Source: Iphione sp. A-MEVVRFRX5 (lineage: Eukaryota). Taken from it: 64,000 bases of DNA. The notes under the pieces were generated by a model. It searched no databases. It was not told the origin of the DNA and saw only the letters and a program-made list of their open reading frames with translations. This document shows, in pieces, positions 28,061-38,290 of the stretch. Location: contig OZ320315.1 of the NCBI GenBank assembly GCA_976226885.1, forward strand, positions 53,754,001 through 53,818,000, written 5' to 3'. Positions within the stretch are counted from its first letter, which is position 1; every line of letters begins with the position of its first letter. Position numbers and translations under genes: made by a program.

Positions 28061-29899
28061 TTGGAACCTGCCTGTACTAAATTTTGCCTCGGATCTCCTT
28101 TCCTTGGCTTCTTTCCATTAACCTTAGAGTATCTTGAAACCGGAGAGTAGCGAATTACCCGGCTATCCAATGAGATCTCCCCTTTTTACGACAACTGATT
28201 TCACGTTTGGGGTATGATTATATTGTCATTAATGACATTTAAGGACACTCGTTAAAATCGATGCCTTTCACCAAATTTTATTTTTATCGAGCGCTGCTGT
28301 CATCGGACTTCCTCCCCAAAGGCTCCCACAGGCGTCCCCATCGCCCGAACCTTTTCTTTTGCTGGAATGACGCCACCGTCTCCGGGGTTCTTGGCATCCC
28401 AGGGGAGCAGCATGGCCCTCCGTGATAACCCCGCGCCAGGGCCTCCCGCCACCCTCAACAGGACCCAGCCGCTGGCAGTCGGCGGGCTGCACGCAGTCCG
28501 TGCACGTCTCCCTATACTTGTCTTGAAGTTGACCAGTAGGTGCAGTAGACCGCCAGCTCGAAGGAGGGCTGTGCGGTGGTCATTTCCACTGACCGCCACC
28601 AACAGGAAATGTGTATCCACTCCGAGGACGAAAAACCGCTCTAAGGTATCAATTTTGTGCAAAGTAATAGTATTGCTCTCTCAGTCACCCTAACCAAAAT
28701 TCCAACGTTACAGAAGACTCTCAATTTAGATTAAGCAGGATCTTCTTGTTGCGCTGTTTGATGCGCAGTCTTGAGGCAGTGGTGCCATTCAAGAGTACAT
28801 CTTTGATGATGCTCTATATTTGGGGTTGGCTGGATACTTAAAGGAGGCCTGTGTCGTTGCAGAGATTGTTTTGTTTGAGGTCGGCCAAAGCCCGCTGTTT
28901 TATCTTCCCACGAAGAGCCTCGTTTAGTGTGTGAAGCCACCTCGTGGAACATAATTGTCACGGCGCACGCAGCTGGCTTCTGCCATTCGTTAATGCTTCA
29001 CTGGCTAGAGGGCCCGGTCTCATTTGGAGCATCTAAGTAGTACCGTAAAAAGGGAATTAGTCTCTGGCGCTTAGCCCCCACCCAGTAATATATTCACTTA
29101 ATTAGATTCCTTGTTGGCTCCTTCACACCTGGCGGCTGGCGGGGAAAGGTATAAATTGATGGATGGGCAACTAATAAATCTCCGCCATTGTCGCTTCTTT
29201 GTCATTGTCTTCTTTAATTGTGTCATTACGGGCCGCCTGGGATGCCACACGCGTGCTCCCAGCCCTGCTTGTGTTGTGTGCACGGTATAGGCGGGCTGGC
29301 GGGGAATTCCTCTTTGCCAAGGGCTTCCCGTCTGATGTAAGCGCGCGTGTGAAACACGCACACGTGTGGATGTTTTCATTGGCGTTGTCATGGCTACCGT
29401 GTGTAATTACGCCTAGTAAGTAGCCGTCATCATGGCCGGCCTAACGACGCCACTTGGATGAAGGGAAGCGGCTCGACTTGAGAGTCGTCTGCTTTTCGGT
29501 CAGACATCACTCAGGGTATGACTCGTCCTCTATGAGAGGAAGGGATAGAGAGAGAGGTGGTGGTGACGGCGCACCCAGCCCCGACTACTGTCCATTAGAC
29601 TTGCAAGCATGGCACAGCCAAACGCAGATGATCCTGGTGGAGACGAGGTCTAGCCTGCCCATCAGCATCCATCGCAGAGCTCCGCTGGGGACGCCTGCTA
29701 CATTTAGCCTTCCGACGACGCTGATCCTTATCCCAGTCCTGGCGGAGATCAGAGAATGGCGTTGTCCAAAGTGATTCCAAAGGTCCTGAGACGGCCGGGC
29801 GGCCTGAGCGATAGCGCAGGCCGGCTGCTGCGGTCCAGGCCGGCTGTGATGGCCATCGGAAGGACGCCCGCTGTAATGACTCCTCGGACGACAGACCGT

Positions 29900-30480
29900 C
29901 CAGCGCTTGATGTGATCGCTATCAGTGACACGAAGGTCTTATAGTTAGAAAGATGACAATCGTTGTCCTTGTTTTCCATTGGTAAAAGCAACAGTAGATT
30001 GCATCAGCGAAGCCACGGAGTATGGAATTTATGTTTATTGTAGAGGGAATCAAGTGAAGGATTCCATAAAGGCTTGTTATCGAACGTAATTTTGTAACAT
30101 ATCGCACTCCACCATCAGGAATCACGTTGTCATGCCGATATTGAGGCTTTATAAGCTGAACTCTATTTGCGTGACCTCTGGCAGTCAGAATTTGAGAACA
30201 TGTACCAACCATCATCGAATTTGGTCCCTTATCGTAAACTATCGGTTCAATATTGGCCCTAAAGCCGAATGTCCGCGGGGTTGATGCGACTGAGCTATCA
30301 AGTTGTCACTAGAGCTGCATCGTATTATGGACATCCAACAAGTGATATTGGATTTGACCAGTCCGGTGGTGATACTGTCGGACCAACCAGCTGAATCGCT
30401 GAGTGGGCCGTGCCACCTGCTGCTCTGCACGCACACATGGTACCTCGGCGTTATCGACACCGCCTTTTTATTGAACAATT
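29900..30480 (+). pseudogene. Decayed LINE APE endonuclease remnant
   Basis: LDVIAISDTK (cf. DVIAISETW), YRTP, QQVILDLT, HLLLCTH and GVIDT occur in the expected order across frameshifts and stops. Confidence 0.35.
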
Positions 30481-32293
30481 CTGTCGCCAATATTACCTGC
30501 TGACATATACGAAATCAGGCGACCATATTCCTATGCCGTCGACGAAGTTCCAAGGACCCTTATACGGGCTGTTGCTAGCAGATAACTGTCGCTATGGCAA
30601 CCGTACGCACGTCATAGACCCCGGATAAGCGTTCCCGTGATGCATCGGCCGCGTCATTACGATGCGCGCGCCGCCAAGCGACTGGTACTTTCCGCGGAGG
30701 CTTGTCGCGTCACCAGTTGCCGCCCGCCGAACCTGTTGCATACGCACCAGCGTTTGTACACGTCTGGCTTCTATCAGGAGCAGGCAGTGTGTGGAATATA
30801 AATGTGTCGGCTGGGCGCTGATGATCAGGCGCGCTATGTGTATTCTAGAGATACGGTGATTTATTGAGGAGAGCATCGAAGCCGCACTATAGTAATGATA
30901 TAACATACCTCCACACAGAGACATTAGTCCATTGCAAAAGTCCGACTCGCTTACGATGACTCATGGAGATGGACTCCTTAGATAAAGCGTTCTTGGTATG
31001 ACTAGGCACAGCTGTGTCTAATTTATCCTACATTCGGATGGGAAATAGTACACCGCCGGAGAAATTAAAAAGTGAAATAAAAGACAAGCTCATTTATGTC
31101 CCTTTCACATCTAACAACACCCAATCAAGTAGTTAATGTTTCTTGCTCTAGGGCATAACGGTTATAAGGCAATCAATACATGAGAAATTTAAATTTAAAT
31201 TGTTACCTGAGTAACTTGGCGATCTAGGCTAAAGGAATGACAAAAAAAATTCACATCATATGAGACGACAAAAGTAACCAAATCAGGGCTGTAGGAGAAA
31301 GTGATACGTTCGTACGTGTCTGTTGACGCTTGCTTCAGTTCCAAGCATGCAACTTCCTGAATTGTGATAGATCAGGCTTTTCAGATAAACGTGAATTTAT
31401 CGGCTGGGGAGACAATAACTGCGGATCACAGAATGTCAGGATCAGGTCAGATGAAGGGTTGCACCAATGAGTCACATGTTTGTAAAATAATAACGATAGT
31501 AATGAGTTTACACGCGCTGCTGCGCTTTTTACGTCTGTGGTATGGCCCAGTGAGAATGATTGGCTGCTAACTGAAGCTAATCATGTCACGTGAGCTGCTC
31601 ATGTGAACTGCTCGCCCAGATGGAAACAGTTCCATGTGAGCCACACGAGACTTCAGACATCTCAAGATTAGTAACTTAATATCGGAGAAGTTTTTTTTCT
31701 CTCCGCGGCGCGAAGAGTCAGACGTCTGTGTAATCAAATCTGCTACATGTCTGCCTTTAATCTTGAGACGTTTCATCCGCCGCGCTGCGCTAATCTAATC
31801 ACGTATTTTTAGCTAAGTCACGCCAGAACAATCTGCCGCAATACTTTCTTTGGCAGTGGCATGTGTCTTCACCGAATAATGATTTCTATCCTGATAGGAG
31901 AGCTCACATGGGGAATAGTGATCTGGGCTATAGCTGTTGGAGGATGTCAAGACACCATCTCTTGGAGAGTTCTAGGCGCTGGCCTTGGCTAACGAGCCCA
32001 ACTTTAACCTTGTCTAGTTCGTTAAATGCATTGTGTTGATGAGGGATGTTACCACATAACGTTCATAACCGACGCAGCTCTGCTAATGAGCAGGAGGTCG
32101 GGCTTAGGTACCAATCACGCGCAGGTAGATGAGACAAGGCCTTGTCCAGGGGCAGGGATGAGCCATGACTGGAAGTTGTAATTATTTCATAATCTGATCA
32201 CTAGGGGGCGTGGATAACGTTTACTTATAGCCTGTGCTTGACATCAGTGACGTTTCCATGACGAGGATAGAACATTGGGAAAGTCTGCTTTAA

Positions 32294-34854
32294 TGGTTGT
32301 TTAATATGGATAGTCAAGACAGGTTCAACAACCTCCTTATGAGTTATGGAATAAAAAATCATATTACAGGTCCAACAAGGACTACTGACAAAACATCAAC
32401 TCTTATTGATATCATTGCTACAAACAGTCATCATATATCTAAAAGTGGAACAATTGACTGGAGTATCTCTGATCACCTGACCACATTTATTGTTAAGAAA
32501 TATAAGAAAGCCAATAGAGCGACTGCGCCTAGAATGATTACTGTGACAAAAGTGGAAAATGTAGGGGATGACCAACTGAAACAGGAATTAAACAGTTTAA
32601 ATTGGTATAAGTTCTATGATAGCTCAAATGTTGATGACTGTTGGCTTGAATACCAGACAAATCTATGCGCAATATCAGATAAATACTGTACTAGCAAAAC
32701 AGTAACTGTCGTAAGAGACAGGCAACCTTGGATCACGAAATCACTCCTGCGATCAATACGGCTTAAGAGATACTATATGAAACAGCAAAGGAGGCGTAAT
32801 TGTATTGACACAAAAAATATATATACTTACCTCAGAAATACTGTCTCATATACTATCAAAGCGGCCAAGAGCTATTATGTCCAAAATAAGTTGAAAACAA
32901 CGAGAAATCAACCAAAGCATTTCTGGAATACATTAAATGCAGTCTTAGACAGAAACAAGAGTAATAACGGTGATGTTAAGCTGAGAAAGGATAATATACA
33001 ATTCGAAGGAGAAACAGTTGCTACCATGCTCAATGAGCATTTTGTTAACATTGCTGAATCAAAGTTGGCAGAAGCAGGTATTGATACCAAGATAAACAAC
33101 CTGGACTCTATATACAATCAGCATGCTCCTAAGTTTCACTTGAACCCATGTACGGTGAATGAGGTTGTACAGGTGGTGAGGACAATAAACACTAACAAAT
33201 CCTCGAACATACAGGGCCTGAACATTAAAATACTTAAGAGCCTACTTAGACTGAGCATTAATCAACTTCACTTTGTTATCAATCTCAGTATAAAAACATA
33301 TCGGTTCCCTGATGCTTGGAAAAAGGCAAATGTTAAACCCCTACATAAAGGAGGTGATAAAATGCAAGCGAACAATTACAGACCCATATCTCTTCTACCC
33401 CTGATGTCAAAACTTATTGAAAGAATAATATTCAATCAAATATATTCTCACTTAGAGGAAAATTCACTCCTGACACCATGCCAGTTTGGCTTTAGAAGGG
33501 GGCGTAATACACAGAATGCTGTTCACAAGGTGTTAAATCAGCTATATATAAACTACAACCAAGGTCTATACAGTTCTATTATCTTTGTAGACCTATGTAA
33601 GGCATTCGATACAGTCAACATCACATTGTTACTCCACAAACTTAAGTACTACTTCAATTTCTCAACCAATAGCCTACATTGGTTCGAGTCCTTCCTAACT
33701 AATAGACAGCAATGTTGTATCGTCAATGGTGTAACATCAAACTATGAAAATGTCAACTTTGGAGTTCCTCAAGGGTCTACCTTAGGTCCCCTATTATTTT
33801 CAATGTTCATAAATGACCTACCATTTTCCATAAAATGCAATTCCACCCTATTTGCTGATGATACAATTCTCATATGTGATGATAAATGCTTACTAAGAGT
33901 ACAAGACAAAATGCAGAAATGCTGCAACGAACTTGATAAATGGTGCACTACTAATCAATTGATAATAAATACTATGAAAACCAAGTGCATGTTGATCTCC
34001 CCGTCGAAAAAAGACATTGATACCATGAATCCAAAAATAAGGCTCAATGATGGGGAGATAGAATTTGTTCAACAGTACAAATATCTTGGTATACTACTAG
34101 ATTATGAACTAACTCTCAAGAGTCACGTAGAAGCACTGATCAAAAAATTATCAACATATATCTACATCATTACCAAAGTCAAGATGCAGCTAACAGAATT
34201 TGCTCTCATTACAATTTTTAAGTCAATCCTATTACCTTTGATTGACTATTGCTTAGCTTTTACTACTTGCATACCAGCATCTCTGCTAGGAAGATTGCAG
34301 AGGTTACAAAACAGGGTGTTATACCTTCTTTATAAATTAAAACATAAAAATAACCTCATGAATGTTGAATCGTTACATGAATACTACAATATCCCAAAAA
34401 TCTCAAAACGAAGAAATACAGCTATCATCGATCTAATGTATAGATCTATCCCTCTGAACATTGTCTCAAAAAGATTAACTGACAATAATTTACGTGTAGA
34501 TGATGGCCCTGCTTTTCACCTTCCCATTCCGAAATCCTCCAAAGTAAGAAACTCAATAATATTTCAGGGTCCAATGCTCTGGAACAATCTTGATGCCATG
34601 ACTAGAAACATCACTGATAGGAGCCTACTACTCTCTCTGTGTAAAATAAGATGAATCACACTAAACATATCATAACAATTCACTTGTAACATTTCTTCTG
34701 TCATATGTATATCTATCATGCATGTATTCATCTCATCCCTCATCTTACCCAAACGAATAATTCTCAGTCTGGGTATAGTAAGTTTCCTCGCTGTGAAAAC
34801 TGCTGCTTCGTAGCAACCAGTAGGAAATAAAATTGTTTTCAATTCAATTCAATT
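32294..34854 (+). mobile_element. 5'-truncated non-LTR retrotransposon, CR1/L2 group (CR1/Crack/Daphne-like)
   Basis: C-terminal end of an APE endonuclease (ITGPTR...TLIDII...SISDH) followed by a complete RT. The ~200-nt 3' UTR carries a hairpin (tgctgc-ttc-gtagca, 34801-34815), AATAAA (34826) and a (TTCAA)n tail (34838-34854). No clear TSD. Confidence 0.92.
32297..34654 (+). CDS. LINE ORF2 (partial APE + reverse transcriptase), 785 codons without interruption
   Basis: RT motifs NYRPISLL, QFGFR, DLCKAFDTV, GVPQGSTLGPLLF, LFADD and YKYLG, plus the C-terminal QGPMLWNNL typical of CR1/L2 ORF2. An in-frame TAA lies just upstream at 32291. Confidence 0.95.
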   Translation: MFNMDSQDRFNNLLMSYGIKNHITGPTRTTDKTSTLIDIIATNSHHISKSGTIDWSISDHLTTFIVKKYKKANRATAPRMITVTKVENVGDDQLKQELNSLNWYKFYDSSNVDDCWLEYQTNLCAISDKYCTSKTVTVVRDRQPWITKSLLRSIRLKRYYMKQQRRRNCIDTKNIYTYLRNTVSYTIKAAKSYYVQNKLKTTRNQPKHFWNTLNAVLDRNKSNNGDVKLRKDNIQFEGETVATMLNEHFVNIAESKLAEAGIDTKINNLDSIYNQHAPKFHLNPCTVNEVVQVVRTINTNKSSNIQGLNIKILKSLLRLSINQLHFVINLSIKTYRFPDAWKKANVKPLHKGGDKMQANNYRPISLLPLMSKLIERIIFNQIYSHLEENSLLTPCQFGFRRGRNTQNAVHKVLNQLYINYNQGLYSSIIFVDLCKAFDTVNITLLLHKLKYYFNFSTNSLHWFESFLTNRQQCCIVNGVTSNYENVNFGVPQGSTLGPLLFSMFINDLPFSIKCNSTLFADDTILICDDKCLLRVQDKMQKCCNELDKWCTTNQLIINTMKTKCMLISPSKKDIDTMNPKIRLNDGEIEFVQQYKYLGILLDYELTLKSHVEALIKKLSTYIYIITKVKMQLTEFALITIFKSILLPLIDYCLAFTTCIPASLLGRLQRLQNRVLYLLYKLKHKNNLMNVESLHEYYNIPKISKRRNTAIIDLMYRSIPLNIVSKRLTDNNLRVDDGPAFHLPIPKSSKVRNSIIFQGPMLWNNLDAMTRNITDRSLLLSLCKIR

Positions 34855-34955
34855 TAAAGAGGCTCGTGTTATGGATATGCTGAACGAGTAAAATGACTGC
34901 CTTCTTGTTATCAATGCTTTTGTTCAGTATTCTCTCCTCTTTTCTGTTCTTTCAG

Positions 34956-35009
34956 CTGGTTGCGTCCAAATTTAAGTCCGCGGTTGATTCTTTGTCTGTG
35001 AACATCTCA
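34956..35009 (+). CDS. Penultimate exon of unidentified gene (LVASKFKSAVDSLSVNIS)
   Basis: Long polypyrimidine acceptor (tctctcctcttttctgttctttcag|), donor TCA|gtgagt, 54 nt, phase 0->0. Joins in frame to the terminal exon across a 50-nt intron. Confidence 0.7.
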
Positions 35010-35059
35010 GTGAGTAGTCATATATCATTCTCTGAATCGATCTGTTTTACTTCTTCCAG

Positions 35060-36436
35060 ATTTCTTCTGTTGGTTCGGTCGGCTCCGCGAATGGGGACTA
35101 CCGGCGGAGCTACGTCACCAACGGTCGTAAGTGGCGACCCGACTTTGACAGCGAGACGGCCAGCGAGAAATCTTTGGCCGACACCAAGTACATCTTGCTG
35201 CGCGAGGACAGCTCAGCGAGCGCCATCAGTTTCTCTAACCACTATAATACCCTGCGCACCATCGACCACCCGCACGCGCTCCTCATGGGCGGCTTCGGCG
35301 AGAGCTCCACCGACGTGACGCTACCGCGGGTCTCCCGCAAGAAGCGCTTCGCCGGCGGTGACGGCCATGACGGCGCCCGCTCCGAGAACGGCGACATCTC
35401 TCTGGACTCGATCGAGGACCCCATGGCAGTGATGCCCAACAACAACGCCCTCCGGCGCAAGCACAGCAAGGACAGCCTCAACTCGATCGAGATCTACGAC
35501 CGCGTCACGCGGCCCAGGAGCTTCTTCATCAACGGCTACGCCACCGGCCAGGGGCTGCCGTCGATGTCGTCACCTCGTCAGAAGTCCCGTTCATTATACG
35601 GGAAGCGGCACGAGCACGCTGAGAGGAATAGGGCCCCACCGGACCTGACTGGGCACGTGTCCCCGCGCGTCGTCGCCGTCACGCAGGAGAAGCCGTTGGC
35701 GGCCGGCAAGGCTGGCGTAGTCAACATGAGTTACCAGCCAGATGGACCTGCTGCGGCCCCTCCTGCTGACATCGCTGCTCCAGCAACCAGTACCGACAGT
35801 GAGACCAACTGGCAGGACAAGGTGCTGGAGGAGCTCAGTAATGTCACCGGCGCCACCGCAGCCGACACGGAGGAGTCGGAGGACGAGGTCGACGGCCAGT
35901 ATGACTCGCTGGTGAACGATAAGACTGCACACATGTTTGTCTATGAGAACAAAGCGCTGACCAACAGTAGCCAGCAGCTCGACCCACCCTCCGACTTCCG
36001 GGACTCCAAGGACTCGGAGATCTCCGTGGCCATCGTACAGCCTCTGAAGCACGACCTGCCCATCAGAAGCACCAGCGGAAGTAGTCAGGAAGACGGCGCC
36101 TCTCCCTCAGCGTCGCCGTCCTCCTCCAAGCCGCCGCCGCCACCGGTGGCGAAGAAGCCACAGAATAGCTTCGTGAGGCAGGCGTCGGGCGAAGCCATCG
36201 CCAACGGCGTCCCCGAAACACCGATGGTCAATGGCGTGGCTAACGGTCATGAGCCGCTCTGTAATGGTGTCGGCAGCGAGCACAGCAACGACGACATCGC
36301 CGGCGGTGGCGGTGGCAGCAGCGGGCGGAGCGTGGGTCGCGTGAAGAGATTCATCAGTGAGATTCAGCAAAAAGATTCGGGACTCAAGCCGTCTATGCAC
36401 GTGCAGCCACAGCGGTATGGCGACACGCGCTTGTAG
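35060..36436 (+). CDS. Terminal exon of unidentified protein: 458-aa Ser/Pro/acidic disordered tail ending in class I PDZ-binding motif DTRL
   Basis: Acceptor tctgttttacttcttccag|, open frame from 35060 (ORF-track 35174..36436 extends upstream in frame). Codons are strongly G/C-ending. AATAAA at 36541, 105 nt after the stop. Confidence 0.85.
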   Translation: MSSVGSVGSANGDYRRSYVTNGRKWRPDFDSETASEKSLADTKYILLREDSSASAISFSNHYNTLRTIDHPHALLMGGFGESSTDVTLPRVSRKKRFAGGDGHDGARSENGDISLDSIEDPMAVMPNNNALRRKHSKDSLNSIEIYDRVTRPRSFFINGYATGQGLPSMSSPRQKSRSLYGKRHEHAERNRAPPDLTGHVSPRVVAVTQEKPLAAGKAGVVNMSYQPDGPAAAPPADIAAPATSTDSETNWQDKVLEELSNVTGATAADTEESEDEVDGQYDSLVNDKTAHMFVYENKALTNSSQQLDPPSDFRDSKDSEISVAIVQPLKHDLPIRSTSGSSQEDGASPSASPSSSKPPPPPVAKKPQNSFVRQASGEAIANGVPETPMVNGVANGHEPLCNGVGSEHSNDDIAGGGGGSSGRSVGRVKRFISEIQQKDSGLKPSMHVQPQRYGDTRL

Positions 36437-36540
36437 CAGAGCCGGCGCTCTCTTCAGTCTTGCCAACCGTCAGCAGTTCGCTATTTCTTGCACCATATCA
36501 TCGCAGAAGGGACGCAAAAAAGGGGCATGTCGGGTGACTT

Positions 36541-36546
36541 AATAAA
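36541..36546 (+). terminator. Candidate polyadenylation signal of the DTRL gene
   Basis: First AATAAA after the stop codon at 36436. Confidence 0.45.
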
Positions 36547-38014
36547 TCACTGCATGTATATATTGTTACAGATCTATTCTATTTTGGTATTGTTCGATGG
36601 TGATCTCCATCACCATGGCGCCATGGTGAGCGCCGCACCCCCAATCTTCACTGTGGATGTAAATGGTCAAGTGCAATGGAATGTAATTGACAGTCAACTG
36701 CTTTAGACATAGATCACTGGACTCCCGCTGAGAGGAAAATGAGACTCCGAAAGGTGCAAGCCCGTAACAGTCGAGGGGTACACGTTCCGATTCGAGCAAG
36801 AAAAATTAATCAATAGAGCAGTAGGAACAATCTTCCGAACATTTATTTGCAACAAACGTCTTCACATAGAGCAAAGATCATATTTTACTTAGTATTTCCT
36901 CAACAGGTTTTACACGGTGCTGTGTTCGTGTAGGTGAAAGGCATCGGATGTGTTGGCTAGAAAGAAATGCATGTACTGCCTTTGAACTTTTTTGGTGGAG
37001 CAAACTGTATCATACGATCGAATTTGAAACACTGTATATAGTTTCACGTTGTGATACTCTTCTAGCGGTCAAGGTCATTTTGTTATTTTGTGATATATAC
37101 ATGTAGAGTATCTATTGACCAAGTTACAAAACGACCACAATGCATAGCGACAGCCCGCATGTTGCCCCAAGATGAAGGTTGTGCACTAAGAATTCTTTCG
37201 AACCGTTTTTATGCGCATCATTTATTTCATTGCATACCAGTTCATATTTGTCATGCAGGTTGTCATCACTTAATATACATAGAATTTATTTGGCTTTGTA
37301 CGTGTGAAGGACGCTTGTAGCAAGGCACTCCATGTAGGTACCATATTGAAAATGTCAAAGGTAATTTGTGATACTTAGAAAGAGTGGGCAACTGACATGT
37401 TGGAATATGTTCACATTATATTCCCCTGTCTGTGTTTACATTAGCAGTAATTTCCCCTCAAGATGACCACAATTAGAAATTTGCAGCATTGGTCTTGTAT
37501 TATTTGAGGATTCGAACTTACATAGAATTATATGGCTGTCATCTATATTAAGAGAGCTCAGATAATACGATTACAAGGTAATACCACATTCGTGACAAAT
37601 TGCCCAAAATGTGCCGAAGGAAAAGGTACCAAGGTATTAACACATTGATTGTCATGCCCATCATTCAAGTATTTGTATTTACTTTCTACTTTTGTGTAGA
37701 TCCAAATTGCACGATCGCAAGTGTGTATTATCACTCTTCATCATAGCAACCATCTGCACTAACAGTGTTTTTTATTATAAAAAGATCCATATTTTGCTTA
37801 AGCTTCACCGTCGAAGTCAGTTTTTGTTGTCATGTATATGTAGAGACGAATCGCAGTCCACATTTAAGTTTTTTATTCGTTCTTAATTCTGCTGTCGTTC
37901 CCTTTAGAAAAGTATTCGTTGTGAAAAGTTTGAAAAAAAGGGACATTGCGATAGGAAACAGAACACTCTAATATAAACTTAACGTGTCATCAGTTTTCAG
38001 CACATTCTCAAGCA

Positions 38015-38290
38015 GACCAGGCGATCGATACTGGCAGAACTTTTAGCTACAGTCTGCTCTAGTCGCGACAACCCAGAGAAACTCGTCAGCGTGAGATGTA
38101 ATTTGAAAGACAGGAGCAAACCGAGCAGAGTCGCTTTTTGTGCATGTCCTGCGCGAATGCAGCAAAAGCTTGGTAACAAAACTGGAAAGCGATGAGTCAT
38201 TATGCGTCACGCCCAGGTGCGCTTTCTCATGGATTGTCAAAGGGTGGAACGATGTACGAGAGAACCGAATCCTCAGATCAGCTGAATCTT
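38015..38290 (+). pseudogene. Decayed pogo-family (DDE_1) transposase fragment
   Basis: QAIDTG (cf. QPLDxG), then after a frameshift AFSWIVKGWNDVRENRILRS (cf. WxxxAWxxVxxxxIxxSF). Confidence 0.38.

Noticed and set aside
28516-28596. ARM-repeat-like peptide DHRTALLRAGGLLHLLV on the minus strand
   Set aside because: Single short match, poor acceptor, no neighbouring repeats or exons.
35242-36466. Several minus-strand ORFs (35242..35481, 35594..36052, 36107..36466)
   Set aside because: Antisense shadows of the GC-rich terminal exon.
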